The notes: generated by a model from the letters alone, not told the origin. DNA of 64,000 bases from an uncultured Gemmatimonadaceae bacterium (GCA_963740355.1 CAVUDW010000003.1:1760001-1824000), one strand, 5' to 3'. Counted from the stretch's first letter, positions 27,298-37,671 are shown. Translations and numbers: made by a program.

Positions 27298-29118
27298 ATG
27301 CCTCGACTGCTTCGCCTCGGCCTCGCGCAATTTCGGCCTGCCAAGGCCAACTACACCGCCAACCGTGCGCAGATCGCCGCCCTCATGGCGCAGGCGATTG
27401 CGCAGGACCCGCGCCCCGACGTCCTCCATTTCCCGGAAACCGCCCTCACCGGCTACTTCCTCGAAGGCGGTGTCAGGGACCTTGCCGTGACTGCCGGGAC
27501 GCTGGCCGCTCACCTCCAGCACGACTTCGCACAAAACGCGCCTGCGGGCGCCACGCTGGACGTGGTGATCGGGTTTTACGAGCGTTGGCGCAATACGCTG
27601 TACAACAGCCAGATGTACGTCAGCCTCGGTGGTGCAGCGCCCACGATCCGACATGTGCATCGCAAGAACTTCCTCCCCACCTACGGGTTGTTCGACGAAG
27701 CACGGTTCGTCGAGGCCGGCCGCGAGATTCGCGCCTTCGACACCCAGTGGGGTCGCGCCGCGATGCTCGTCTGTGAGGATGCGTGGCACTCGATTTCTGG
27801 CACAATCGCGGCATTGGACGGCGCAGAAGTTGTGTTCGTGTCATCCGCAGCGCCGGCCCGTGGGCCGTGGCCGCGTCGCGATGACAATGGCGGGCCGGCC
27901 AGCGTCTATCGCTGGGAGCGATTGATCCGCGACATCGCGGAAGAACATGGCATGTTCGTCTCGTTGAGTAACCTGGTGGGCAGCGAGGGGGGCAAGATGT
28001 TCCCGGGCGCGTCGATCATCGCCGGGCCGCATGGGGATGTCCGCCTCACGTTGCCGCTGTTCGAACCCGCCATCGCGACATTGACCTGCGACCTGCGGGA
28101 TCTGGTGCGCGCACGTGCCGATTCACCGCTGTTGAGCGATGTGGCGCATGCATGGCCGCATCTCGAACACAACATCGCTGCGGCCATGCAGCGGACGCCG
28201 CACTTGTTGTCGTACGACGCGGCGGATGATGACGCCGTCAAGGTTGCGGCGTCGGCCGCGCCTGGCGCCACCGTGGCTGCCACCGGCGGGGGCATTTCCG
28301 GTGGCCCGTCGCCGCTCGAGATCAACGCACCGCTGGTGGAGCAGTGGCTGGTGCAGTTCATTCGCGACGAGATGACGCGCCGTGGATTCACCAAGGCGGT
28401 GATTGGCCTGTCAGGCGGTGTCGACTCGGCGGTGACCACCTATCTCGCCGCGCGTGCGCTGGGCCCCGAGAACGTGCTGGCGATCCGCATGCCGTACAAG
28501 TCGTCATCGAGCGACAGCCTCGCGCATGCGCAACTGGTGATCGACGACCTGGGCATCGAGCACCGGACGATGGAAATCACGGCCGCCGTGGACGGCTACC
28601 TGCAACAGGAGCCGGACGCCGATCCTGCGCGCCGCGGCAACGTCATGGCGCGGACCCGCATGATCACGCTCTTCGACATGAGTGCGAAGCACCGCGGGGT
28701 GCCGCTGGGCACTGGCAACAAGACGGAACGGCTGTTTGGGTACTACACCTGGCACGCCGACGACTCGCCGCCGATCAACCCACTCGGAGATCTTTACAAG
28801 TCGCAGGTGTGGGCACTGGCGCGCCATCTCGGGGTACCAGCCGATATCATCGACAAGCCCGCCTCCGCCGACCTGATCCAGGGTCAGACCGACGAAGGCG
28901 ACTTCGGGATCAGTTATGCTCGCGCTGACGAACTGCTCAACTGGATGCTCAATGGCTGGACGCCCGCTGACCTCGTGGCGCGTGGCTTCGACGCACGCAA
29001 CATCGAGATCGTCCGTCGCCGCCTCGAGTCCACCCACTGGAAACGTCGCTTGCCAACCGTAGCCTTGATCGGCCCAACTGCCATCGGCGAGAGCTATTTG
29101 CGACCGGTGGACTATTGA
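27298..29118 (+). CDS. nadE: Glutamine-dependent NAD+ synthetase
   Basis: Nitrilase-fold FPE, K and VCEDAW; synthetase GLSGGVDS, GNKTE and PASADL. Confidence 0.95.
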   Translation: MPRLLRLGLAQFRPAKANYTANRAQIAALMAQAIAQDPRPDVLHFPETALTGYFLEGGVRDLAVTAGTLAAHLQHDFAQNAPAGATLDVVIGFYERWRNTLYNSQMYVSLGGAAPTIRHVHRKNFLPTYGLFDEARFVEAGREIRAFDTQWGRAAMLVCEDAWHSISGTIAALDGAEVVFVSSAAPARGPWPRRDDNGGPASVYRWERLIRDIAEEHGMFVSLSNLVGSEGGKMFPGASIIAGPHGDVRLTLPLFEPAIATLTCDLRDLVRARADSPLLSDVAHAWPHLEHNIAAAMQRTPHLLSYDAADDDAVKVAASAAPGATVAATGGGISGGPSPLEINAPLVEQWLVQFIRDEMTRRGFTKAVIGLSGGVDSAVTTYLAARALGPENVLAIRMPYKSSSSDSLAHAQLVIDDLGIEHRTMEITAAVDGYLQQEPDADPARRGNVMARTRMITLFDMSAKHRGVPLGTGNKTERLFGYYTWHADDSPPINPLGDLYKSQVWALARHLGVPADIIDKPASADLIQGQTDEGDFGISYARADELLNWMLNGWTPADLVARGFDARNIEIVRRRLESTHWKRRLPTVALIGPTAIGESYLRPVDY

Positions 29119-29738
29119 ACGCATCCGATGTCAGTGATGCGCACCACGACGTACCGGCCACCATCCGGTTGTACTTTGTGCGGGATGGCAGCGGCGTCGG
29201 GATCGAGGATCACTGCATCGGCCAGACGGATGTGCGTCTCTCCGCGGCAGGACGGCGACAGTGTCGGCGGCTCGTCCGGCAGATGCCGAAGCTCACGACA
29301 CGCTTCATCAGCAGCGATCTCCAGCGCGCCTATGCCTCGGCCGAGATCCTGACGGCGTCGCCGATCCTCGCCGAACCCCGTCTGCGTGAGATGTACTTCG
29401 GCGATTGGGATGGGCGACGCTGGTCGGACATCGCGCTGCCGCCGTCGGCTGATTCGGAGGCCTGGTCGGAGGAATGGCCCAGCATTCGTGCCCCGGGCGG
29501 CGAGTCATTCGTCGATGTCGTCACACGGGTCGAAGCCTGGCTCGAGTCACTGCCGCGGGATGGCAGCGACTATCTCGTGGTCGCGCACGCGGGCAGTATC
29601 CGCGCCGCCGCCGTTTCACTCCTTGGCATATCGCCGTCGAGGGCGTTCGATCTCGTGCTGGACCATGCGTCCGTCAGCACGTTCGAACTGTCGCAGCGCG
29701 GCGCTTCACTCATCCGATGGAATTCCCCAGGTCTGTAG
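29115..29738 (+). CDS. Histidine phosphatase family protein (CobC-like) with RHG changed to RDG
   Basis: GQTDVRLS, SSDLQRA, LREMYFGDWDG, PGGES and VAHAG motifs. Confidence 0.85.
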   Translation: MNASDVSDAHHDVPATIRLYFVRDGSGVGIEDHCIGQTDVRLSAAGRRQCRRLVRQMPKLTTRFISSDLQRAYASAEILTASPILAEPRLREMYFGDWDGRRWSDIALPPSADSEAWSEEWPSIRAPGGESFVDVVTRVEAWLESLPRDGSDYLVVAHAGSIRAAAVSLLGISPSRAFDLVLDHASVSTFELSQRGASLIRWNSPGL

Positions 29739-30619
29739 TCGCCGCTGCCTGCCTGCTGGTCGCGGCCGGATCACTCGCCGCACAACCGATCACCGTTCGT
29801 GATGGCGCCGGCCTGCCGGTCACCATGAATGCACCAGCGCGACGTGTGGCATCCACGATGTCATCCGCACTCGACATCATCGTCTCCCTTGGCGGCGCCG
29901 ATCGCGTCGCCGCACGCACGCGGTATGACACCGCTGCTGCGATCCGGCGCGCCGTGGATGTCGGCGGCGGGCTGGACCCGAGCCTTGAGATCCTGTTGTC
30001 GGCACGTCCGGATCTTTTCATCGCGTGGAAGGGGCAAGCCACATCAGCCGTCGTCAATCGGATGCGCGCCGTCGGCGTGCCTGTCTACCTCGTCGAGACA
30101 CGCGACACCACCGCACTGTACGCCACCGTGCGCGACCTGGGCGCGCTGCTCGGCCTCGCGCCGCGCGCTGCAGCGGCGGCGAACACGCTGCGCGCTGAAT
30201 TGCGTGCGATACAGGTCGCGAGCGCGAAGGGGCCGCGACTCTGGGGCGTGTATCTGGTGAGTCGATCGCCGCTGATCATCTCGGCCCAGCGGAGCTACAT
30301 GGCGGAGTTGATCGGTGTGGCGGGCGCGGACAATCCCTTCACCGATGTGAAGGGTGAATTCCCCACCCTCGCGCTCGAGTCGTTCATTGCGCGCGATCCC
30401 GATGTGATCATCGTCGGTCGGCGCGACGACCGAAGCAGCCAGTTGGCCGCGTTGCGCAGCGCGCCCGGCTGGCGCGACCTGCGTGCGGTGCGCGCCGGTG
30501 CGGTGATCGAGGTGGACGGCGAACAGTGGGGACGCCCCACGCTGCGCGTCGGCGCGCTGGCGCGCGACCTCGCGGCAGAGCTCCGACGCGTGGCGCCACT
30601 GGTCCGCCGCGGCAAGTAG
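29717..30619 (+). CDS. Helical-backbone periplasmic binding protein (BtuF-like)
   Basis: VRDGAG...PARRVAS, DVGGGLDPSLE, RPDL, DPDVII and PGWRDLRAVRAG motifs. Confidence 0.8.
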   Translation: MEFPRSVVAAACLLVAAGSLAAQPITVRDGAGLPVTMNAPARRVASTMSSALDIIVSLGGADRVAARTRYDTAAAIRRAVDVGGGLDPSLEILLSARPDLFIAWKGQATSAVVNRMRAVGVPVYLVETRDTTALYATVRDLGALLGLAPRAAAAANTLRAELRAIQVASAKGPRLWGVYLVSRSPLIISAQRSYMAELIGVAGADNPFTDVKGEFPTLALESFIARDPDVIIVGRRDDRSSQLAALRSAPGWRDLRAVRAGAVIEVDGEQWGRPTLRVGALARDLAAELRRVAPLVRRGK

Positions 30620-30648
30620 CCGCGGCGGAGTCAGTCAGGAGAAGTCAG

Positions 30649-31062
30649 TCAGGCAGCTTCAGCCCAGGCCAGGCTGACCGCGCGCCGCGCCGAGCGTTTC
30701 AGCGCACGATGCACGGTGCGCGCGTACCGCATGAAGTTCTCGCCCGCCGACGGCCAGCGGGCGAAGAAATCCTGCGGATGCTGATCCGCTTTCAGCCGGT
30801 TGCATGGCCCACACGCGACCACGACGTTGCCGGGTTGTGAGCGTCCGCCGCGTGAGATCGGCTGCACATGATCGAGCGTGGCGTCGGCAAACGGCATGAT
30901 CCAGCCGCAGTACACGCAGCGCTGGTCACAATCGCGGTAGGCCGCCGTCTTGAGCGCCCGCCGAACAGCGGGGGCCAGGGTGTCGCGACGCTCGAAGCGG
31001 TCGTTGCGTGGCTCGCGTCCCAGCGGACGCCGAAGGTTGTGGTGGTGCCAGAAAGCGGTCAT
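30649..31062 (-). CDS. HNH endonuclease
   Basis: CVYCG...TLDHVQPISRGG...NVVVACGPCNRLK; GGAG RBS before ATG 31062. Confidence 0.9.
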   Translation of the reverse strand: MTAFWHHHNLRRPLGREPRNDRFERRDTLAPAVRRALKTAAYRDCDQRCVYCGWIMPFADATLDHVQPISRGGRSQPGNVVVACGPCNRLKADQHPQDFFARWPSAGENFMRYARTVHRALKRSARRAVSLAWAEAA

Positions 31063-31238
31063 GCCGCTCCCGCCAGACAAACCTCGAAGCGCAGTCCTGA
31101 ACGAAACATCTACAGCCCTCGTTGGCCGATGACGTCCTTAGGTACGTGCACGTGCGTCTGAGCAACACATTCGAACAACCGCACGAATTCCGCAAGGGCC
31201 GTGCAGCGACGGTCACGTCACGGGGGCGCATCGGTTCT

Positions 31239-31395
31239 GATCAAGGGGTCAGAGATCTTGCTCGTCGGACGAGCAAGATCTCTGACCCCTTGATCGACCA
31301 AGATCTCTGACCCCTTGATCGACCAAGATCTCTGACCCCTTGATCGACCAAGATCTCTGACCCCTTGATCGGACAAGATCTCTGACCCCTTGATC
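31239..31395. repeat. REP-like array: one inverted plus five direct copies of CAAGATCTCTGACCCCTTGATC
   Basis: Identical 22-mers at 31274, 31299, 31324, 31349 and 31374 (25-bp period); reverse copy at 31239-31260. Confidence 0.95.
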
Positions 31396-31453
31396 GGCTG
31401 CGTGCGCGGAAGCGCCGCTGGCCACCGTCCGTCAGTTGCGACAACGCCGGCGT

Positions 31454-31939
31454 TCAGACTTCGTCGGTGCTCCGTCGCGCATACCGCACGGCCGACTCGC
31501 GCACGCGCATCGGATCGTGCAGCGCCGTGAGGATCTGCACCGCCGTTGCATCGAGACGCTGGCGCGAAGAGGGCTCACCGCCCGTGAACGGGAGCGGCAC
31601 GTCCCATCCATCACCGTGCATGCGCGGGATCACGTGCACGTGATAGTGAAACACGTCCTGGCCGGCGGCACTGCCACTGCTCACGAGCAGGTTCATGCCG
31701 TCACACCGCGTCACATCGCGGATGACTTCGCCGAGGCGCCACGCGACATCGAAGAGGTGCTTGCCGAGTGGGCCTGGAATGTCCTCGAGCGACGCGTAGT
31801 GCTCGCGCGGCACGACCAGCGCATGCCCACGATTCACCGGCTGGATATCCATGAAGGCCACCGCATCGGCGTCTTCGTAGCAGATGGATACTTCGCCTGC
31901 ACCCTTGATCAGGTCACAGAACACACAGTGTGATGACAC
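31454..31939 (-). CDS. HIT family nucleotide hydrolase
   Basis: CVFC, AFMDIQPVNRGHALVVP and AGQDVFHYHVHVIPR motifs. Confidence 0.92.
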   Translation of the reverse strand: MSSHCVFCDLIKGAGEVSICYEDADAVAFMDIQPVNRGHALVVPREHYASLEDIPGPLGKHLFDVAWRLGEVIRDVTRCDGMNLLVSSGSAAGQDVFHYHVHVIPRMHGDGWDVPLPFTGGEPSSRQRLDATAVQILTALHDPMRVRESAVRYARRSTDEV

Positions 31940-32081
31940 GAAACGAATACCGGATGAGGCGTAGGAAAACGAAAATGGCGCGGGACCCGTACCCTGAGAT
32001 AACGACACTCCGGGGTGACGGGTCACGCGCCATCGGGCCGGCGAACTGGCCCACACGCGTGACTCTGGGAAGAGACAGCGA

Positions 32082-33305
32082 TTACTGCAGCTTCACCAGT
32101 TCCACGCGGCGATTGGTCTGGCGCCCTTCCGGGGTCGTGTTCGGCTGGGCCGGCTTCGTGCTGCCGAGGCCACTCGCCTCCAGACGAGTCGCATCCACCT
32201 TCAGCGTCCCGACGAGATAGGCCTTCACAGCCTCGGCTCGACGCTTCGAGAGGTCGAGGTTGGCGGCGGCGGCGCCGACGTTGTCGGTGTGGCCCTCGAT
32301 GCCGAGGCGCAGCCCATCGTGCTCGGCGATCATCGCCGCGATCTCCCTCAGCGTTGGCGCGCTTTCCGGTCGGATCTGATCGGAGCCGGTGTCGAAGTAG
32401 ATGCCCTGCGTCGCGACGCGTCCGTCGGCCGCCAGCGCCTCGTACAATTTCCGGCCACCCTCCGCCACCCGGATGCCTCCGAGGGCCATGCCCCCGTCGC
32501 AGTAGAAGCCGATCTTGTTGCCGTTCTCGACCGCAAAATTCGGTACGTTCGCCACTCGCCGAGCGTCCACGTACACCTTGGCGTACGCCCCGTCGACCAT
32601 GATGCGACCCTGATGGATCAGGTTCTGGCCCGAGTTCCCAGGCGTGGTCGCACCGCCCCCGGGCCGACCGAGCCCGCCCCCGCCATCGGCGCTGAAGTTG
32701 AAGTGCGTGCTGCCGTTGGTGGTGCCGTCGGAATAGATCCAGCACTCGCCGTTGGTGCCCCAGAAATCCATCTCGATGGTGTAGCGCGACGGCAGGATCC
32801 TGGGCAGCGGAATTGCGAAGTGGCCGGTCGTCGTCACCCGCAGCCAGGTGCGGTCACGGAAGGTGACCAGTTCCATGTTGCCACTCGCGAACTCGTATCG
32901 GCGCGGAAAGTTGCCCACCGCGTCGTTCTTAAAGTCCTCGAAGAAGATCGTCTTTTCACCGGGCAGGAAGTCGTAGTTCGCCCAGACCGCGTTGCTGGCG
33001 CTGCCGCCGCCCCCCGACCCGCTGCCGCCACCGACCACGCCGCCTGCTGCGCCGCCAGTCCCCGCGCCGGCGGGCGCCTGCGTGGAGTCGATTTTCACCG
33101 GCTTGCCGGCGGCCTTCGCCTTGTCGATGCACGACTGGTCACCCATCGCGCAGTCCACCGCCCGGTCAGCCTGTCGGCCGACGTTCTCCTCGACGCGACG
33201 CTTCACCCGACCCAGCAGGCCACTCTGCCCCTGCACGAGGTCCGGCGAGCCGACCGCCACCAGCGCCAGCACCAGGGTGCCGCGGCGCATGCGTCCTGAA
33301 ATCAT
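32082..33305 (-). CDS. OmpA-family peptidoglycan-binding exported protein
   Basis: Signal peptide, Gly-rich linker, C-terminal IEGHTDNVG...LSKRRAEAV...NRRVE; AGAGGAG RBS. Confidence 0.9.
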   Translation of the reverse strand: MISGRMRRGTLVLALVAVGSPDLVQGQSGLLGRVKRRVEENVGRQADRAVDCAMGDQSCIDKAKAAGKPVKIDSTQAPAGAGTGGAAGGVVGGGSGSGGGGSASNAVWANYDFLPGEKTIFFEDFKNDAVGNFPRRYEFASGNMELVTFRDRTWLRVTTTGHFAIPLPRILPSRYTIEMDFWGTNGECWIYSDGTTNGSTHFNFSADGGGGLGRPGGGATTPGNSGQNLIHQGRIMVDGAYAKVYVDARRVANVPNFAVENGNKIGFYCDGGMALGGIRVAEGGRKLYEALAADGRVATQGIYFDTGSDQIRPESAPTLREIAAMIAEHDGLRLGIEGHTDNVGAAAANLDLSKRRAEAVKAYLVGTLKVDATRLEASGLGSTKPAQPNTTPEGRQTNRRVELVKLQ

Positions 33306-33619
33306 TGTCAGCCACTCCTCTGCGTGTATTCGCGCTGGATACTTGGTGTCGAACATCGTTCCGGGCGGGAAGCGCAGCATGGGTCGTTTGAGCCATACCG
33401 GGCAAACGCCTGTCGGCGCCTCGACCGACGTGGGCGCGCCACTAGTGTATCACCAAAACATCCCACGAATCGGTACCGTCGCCCGTATGTCAGACGTCCG
33501 GCGGCGCTTACCTTGCTCAGGTGCCTGCAGGACTGCGCCACCGTCCTGACCAGCTCGCCATAAATGCCTGCGCGCCACGTAGCGCGCGGCCGCCTACCCC
33601 TTAAAGACCGAGACGCGGG

Positions 33620-35716
33620 ATGACTTCCCTGGCCACGTCCGAGACCTACGCCGCGGGACTTTCCCGCGAGCAGCTGCTCGCGGCCTACCGCACGATGCTC
33701 CTCTCCCGTCGCATCGACGACAAGGAGGTGCAGCTCAAGCGCCAAAACAAGATTTTCTTCCAGATTTCCGGAGCCGGCCACGAGGCGGTGCTCACCGCCG
33801 CGGGCATGGTGCTGCGACCGGGACATGACTGGTTCTACCTCTACTACCGCGACCGCGCACTCTGCCTGCAGCTCGGCATGAGTGCGGTCGACATGCTCTA
33901 CTCGGCCGTCGGGGCCGCCCGCGATCCAAACTCCGGCGGACGGCAGATGCCGAGCCACTGGGGCAGCGTCCCGATGAACATCGTGTCGACGTCGTCGCCC
34001 ACCGGCACGCAGTTCCTGCAGGCCGCGGGCAGCGCCGAAGCGTCGATGCGGCAGCGACTGCTCGACGGCACCCACACCGATGAAGTGACCCTCGTCACCA
34101 CCGGCGACGGCACGACGTCGGAAGGTGAGTTCTGGGAGTCGCTCAATACGGCCTGCAATCTCAACCTGCCGATGGTCTACCTGGTCGAGGACAACGGCTA
34201 CGCGATCAGCGTGCCGGTGGAAGTCGGCACGGCGGGTGGATCGATCTCGAAGCTGGTGCGCGGCTTCCCAGGGCTCTACATCCAGGAAGTCGACGGCTGC
34301 GACCTGATCGCCAGCTACGAAGTGATGCAGCGCGCAGTGCAATACGCGCGCGAGCGGCAGGGCCCGGCCTTCGTGCATGCGAAGGTCATTCGCCCGTATT
34401 CGCATTCCCTCTCCGACGACGAAACGATGTACCGTCCGGCGGAAGAGCGGGAAGCCGATGCGGCGCGTGATCCGATCAAGACGTTCCCCGCCTGGTTGCT
34501 GCAGAACGGCTTCGCCACCGAAGAGGAGCTGGCTGTGATTGCCGACGGCGTCGAGGCCGAGCTGCTGATGGCCACCGACGACGCGCTGGCGGCGGCGCAG
34601 CCGGATGCGAGCACGGTTTATCACGGCGTCTACTCGCCCGATGTCGATCCGACCGGTGAGCAGTTCGACACCGAGGATGATCCGCAGTTCAGCGGCAGCG
34701 AGACGACCATGGTGGACCTGCTCAACCAGTGCATGAAGGATGAAATGCGGCGGAATCCGCGCATCCTCATGTTCGGCGAAGACGTGGCCGACGCCAGCCG
34801 CGCAGATGTGCTGGATCGCGTGAAGGGCAAGGGCGGCGTGTTCAAGGTGACGCACGGCCTGCAGAAGGAGTTCGGCAGCACACGCGTGTACAACTCGCCG
34901 CTGGCCGAGGCGAACATCGTGGGACGGGCGATCGGCCTCGCGCTGCGCGGCTTCAAGCCAGTGGTCGAGATTCAGTTCTTCGACTACATCTGGCCGGCGT
35001 TCATGCAGATCCGTGACGAGCTGGCCACGATGCGCTGGCGCTCCAACAACTCGTTCGCCGCACCGGTCGTGATCCGCACCACGTACGGCGGCTACATCCG
35101 CGGCGGTGTCTATCACTCGCAGACGGGTGCGTCGCTGTTCACGCACACCCCTGGGCTGCGTGTGGTGTGCCCGAGCAACGCGCTCGACGCCAGCGGACTG
35201 CTGCGTACGGCGATTCGCTGTGAGGACCCGGTCATCTTCCTCGAGCACAAACATCTCTATCGCCAGACCTACAACAAGGCGATGAATCCGGGCCCGAACT
35301 TCATGATCCCCTTCGGCAAGGCGCGCATCGCCCGCGAAGGCACCGATGTGACGGTGGTGACGTACGGTGCCACGGTGCAGCGCGCACTGGCGGCCGCCAA
35401 CCAGATGGCGGATGAGGGCGTGAGTGCGGAAGTGATCGACCTGCGCACGCTCTCGCCATGGGACAAGGAGACGGTGTTCGCGAGCATCCGAAAGACGAAC
35501 CGCGTGATCGTGGGCTACGAAGACTCGATGTCGTGGGGCTACGGTGCCGAGATCGCGGCTGCCATCGCCGACGAGTGCTTCGCGTATCTCGACGCGCCGG
35601 TGATGCGTGTCGCGAGCACGGACACATTCGTGGGCTACGCACCACAGCTCGAAGATGCGACGTTGCCGCAGCAGGAGACGTTCCGGCAGGCGTATCGGAA
35701 GATCGTGGCGTACTGA
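33620..35716 (+). CDS. 2-oxoacid (branched-chain-type) dehydrogenase E1, fused alpha/beta
   Basis: GAGHEA, TPP motif GDGTTSEG...[23 protein letters not shown] and FLEHK. Confidence 0.95.
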   Translation: MTSLATSETYAAGLSREQLLAAYRTMLLSRRIDDKEVQLKRQNKIFFQISGAGHEAVLTAAGMVLRPGHDWFYLYYRDRALCLQLGMSAVDMLYSAVGAARDPNSGGRQMPSHWGSVPMNIVSTSSPTGTQFLQAAGSAEASMRQRLLDGTHTDEVTLVTTGDGTTSEGEFWESLNTACNLNLPMVYLVEDNGYAISVPVEVGTAGGSISKLVRGFPGLYIQEVDGCDLIASYEVMQRAVQYARERQGPAFVHAKVIRPYSHSLSDDETMYRPAEEREADAARDPIKTFPAWLLQNGFATEEELAVIADGVEAELLMATDDALAAAQPDASTVYHGVYSPDVDPTGEQFDTEDDPQFSGSETTMVDLLNQCMKDEMRRNPRILMFGEDVADASRADVLDRVKGKGGVFKVTHGLQKEFGSTRVYNSPLAEANIVGRAIGLALRGFKPVVEIQFFDYIWPAFMQIRDELATMRWRSNNSFAAPVVIRTTYGGYIRGGVYHSQTGASLFTHTPGLRVVCPSNALDASGLLRTAIRCEDPVIFLEHKHLYRQTYNKAMNPGPNFMIPFGKARIAREGTDVTVVTYGATVQRALAAANQMADEGVSAEVIDLRTLSPWDKETVFASIRKTNRVIVGYEDSMSWGYGAEIAAAIADECFAYLDAPVMRVASTDTFVGYAPQLEDATLPQQETFRQAYRKIVAY

Positions 35717-35737
35717 GTTCGTGTCTGTCGTCTGACA

Positions 35738-35779
35738 GAAGCGCCCGGCATCATCATGATGCCGGGCGCTTCGTCTTTC
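35738..35779 (+). terminator. Intrinsic, possibly bidirectional, terminator
   Basis: 16-bp perfect stem GAAGCGCCCGGCATCA/TGATGCCGGGCGCTTC between convergent genes. Confidence 0.8.
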
Positions 35780-35829
35780 GTGTTCGTGCCAGGGCGACGG
35801 GCGCCGCCGCCGGATCGTCGCCGCAGGAG

Positions 35830-36699
35830 TTACGGCGACCGGCGCTGCAGCAGCCGATTCATGTCGGTCACGCGGTACCCCGCGGGAACCATGAAGCTGC
35901 TGGTGTCGACGGGTTCGCGGCGCAGCCCGGTCATCTCCGCACGCGTCGTGGTGCGCAGCGTGTCACTCCCGGAGACGGTCACGGCAGTGGTCGTTTCGAT
36001 CACGGGGATCCCGTCCGGCATCGCGCGTTCCAGCGCGCGCAGCTTGGCTCTCACGAGTGGTGGCAGCCCGAGTGAGCCGGCGAATTGTGCAGCAAATGTT
36101 CTAAATGCCGGATCGAGCCGAGCGATGTCACGACTGAGGTCGAGGTCGTGCACCTGTTCGGTGTGGACGGCGCGACGGACGCCCGGCGCGTTGACCTGCA
36201 AGGTGTACTGCTGTGTAAGCACCGCGTGGCGCGTGGCGTAGCCGAAGACACGTGGCCCGGCACCAGTACTGCGGGTGGTGCTGCGGGCATCCGCAATCTC
36301 GATTGGCGCGCCGCCCGGTGGCCCACCCATCAGTGATCCGAGATCGCCGGCGGCCGCTTTCAGTACCTCGCGCCGCGCCGGATTCACCACCAGCAGCGTG
36401 CTGTCGGCGGAACGCAGGAGCAACACGCCGGAATCACCGGTCAGTGCCCTCAGCGGCCCTTGCCGCACCGTGATCCGCGCGGTGCCCTGCCAGATCGCGA
36501 CATCGAGCAGCAGCGAACCGCCTTTCATCGCGCGCCCCTCGGAGGTCGGCGTGATGGTCCAGCTGAAGAGCCAGCCCACTGCTGGCGACGTCGCGCGCTG
36601 GGCGCAGGCGTTCGCGCCAGGCCACGTCAGCGCGACCAGCGCACTGCAGCACACCCGGGTGAGCAGCACTCGCGCGAGGCGAGTGAGCCGCACCCTCAT
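35830..36699 (-). CDS. Hypothetical exported protein (DUF4412-like)
   Basis: Signal-like N-terminus; GPRVFGYATRH and C-terminal VDTSSFMVPAGY typical of DUF4412/GLPGLI-like proteins. Confidence 0.65.
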   Translation of the reverse strand: MRVRLTRLARVLLTRVCCSALVALTWPGANACAQRATSPAVGWLFSWTITPTSEGRAMKGGSLLLDVAIWQGTARITVRQGPLRALTGDSGVLLLRSADSTLLVVNPARREVLKAAAGDLGSLMGGPPGGAPIEIADARSTTRSTGAGPRVFGYATRHAVLTQQYTLQVNAPGVRRAVHTEQVHDLDLSRDIARLDPAFRTFAAQFAGSLGLPPLVRAKLRALERAMPDGIPVIETTTAVTVSGSDTLRTTTRAEMTGLRREPVDTSSFMVPAGYRVTDMNRLLQRRSP

Positions 36700-36706
36700 G
36701 CGTGGC

Positions 36707-37021
36707 TCACTTGTTGTTCGTCACGGCTACGATCGCGCCATCGATCACCCGAAGCAGCTCTGCGCCGCCATCACCGGGGGCGAGCACCACGAACGACGCC
36801 GGCCCGCCACGTCGCAACACGGAGCCGTGCGGCAGCCCTCGCACACTGGCGCCTCGCAAGTCGACCACGCGCGCGGCGGGCCCCGCCAGCTTGCGCACCT
36901 CGGCGCTCGAGCCGACGAGGGCCAGCTCCTTGCCGGAGATGGCAATGGCATCGGCCACCGGCCGCCGCACGTCGTTGGTGCGGATCCGGCCATTCACGAA
37001 TGCCAGCGCGATCGCGCTCAC
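36707..37021 (-). CDS. Small protein made only of the amidohydrolase beta-sandwich (composite) domain
   Basis: VNGRIRT...ADAIAISGKELALVGS...RVVDLRGASV joined directly to GSVLRRGGPASFVVL...IDGAIV. Confidence 0.65.
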   Translation of the reverse strand: MSAIALAFVNGRIRTNDVRRPVADAIAISGKELALVGSSAEVRKLAGPAARVVDLRGASVRGLPHGSVLRRGGPASFVVLAPGDGGAELLRVIDGAIVAVTNNK

Positions 37022-37022
37022 A

Positions 37023-37208
37023 TCAGCCCTGACGACGGTCCATCGAATCGCGCAGGTCGAGCAGAATCTCGAAGTAGAGCTGCTCGCGACGGTACGCGAA
37101 ATCGAGTGCCACCATCTGCGACGGATCTTCCGATGCCCTCGCACGGTCGAAGGCTTCCTTGTACATCTCTTCGAGGTTGCTGAGAATGCGGTCGCGCGTG
37201 CGTGCCAT
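37023..37208 (-). CDS. Small helical hypothetical protein
   Basis: MARTRDRILSNLEEMYKEAF...EILLDLRD; stop adjacent to the next start; start could be further upstream (37349). Confidence 0.65.
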   Translation of the reverse strand: MARTRDRILSNLEEMYKEAFDRARASEDPSQMVALDFAYRREQLYFEILLDLRDSMDRRQG

Positions 37209-37350
37209 ACGGGCAGTTTCCAAGGTGTGGGACGTGAGTCTCGGGACATCCCGGGCGTCGTCGTAGCCGGACGCAGGGGCATCGGGATCGTAAATGAACT
37301 TGCGCGCCGCATCCAGAAACAGGCGCTTCGGATCAGGGAATTCGACCATC

Positions 37351-37671
37351 GTGAAACGCGAGGAAATCTTCGTCAGGGACGAATGGCGCTGCGTCTACTG
37401 CGGAGAGCAGTATGCGCCGGCGGCACTCACAATCGACCACGTGCAACCGCAGGTGCGCGGCGGCGACAACTCCGGCGGCAACGTAGTGACGGCCTGTGCC
37501 ACCTGCAATTTGCGCAAGGGACACCGACGACTGGCGGAATTCCTGCTCGACGAGCCCGAATCACTCGCCAACTTCCGCCAGCTGGCACGTCACGTCTGGC
37601 CAAGACACCTCCGCTCGCTGGACGATGCACTGCGGGCCGAGCAACGGCGGCGCGAGCCGCCACGCCCCTGA
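37351..37671 (+). CDS. HNH endonuclease
   Basis: IFVRDEWRCVYCG...TIDHVQP...GG...NVVTACATCNLRKG. Confidence 0.9.
   Translation: MKREEIFVRDEWRCVYCGEQYAPAALTIDHVQPQVRGGDNSGGNVVTACATCNLRKGHRRLAEFLLDEPESLANFRQLARHVWPRHLRSLDDALRAEQRRREPPRP

Noticed and set aside
27232..27789. Long N-terminal extension of the PBP
   Set aside because: Overlaps nadE on the opposite strand; a signal-like start exists at 27231
31191..31206. Sigma54 promoter for the HNH gene (CTGCAC-N5-TTGC on the minus strand)
   Set aside because: Lacks the invariant GG at -24
31239..31395. Possible CRISPR array
   Set aside because: Linkers are only 3 bp and near-identical; no unique spacers and no cas genes
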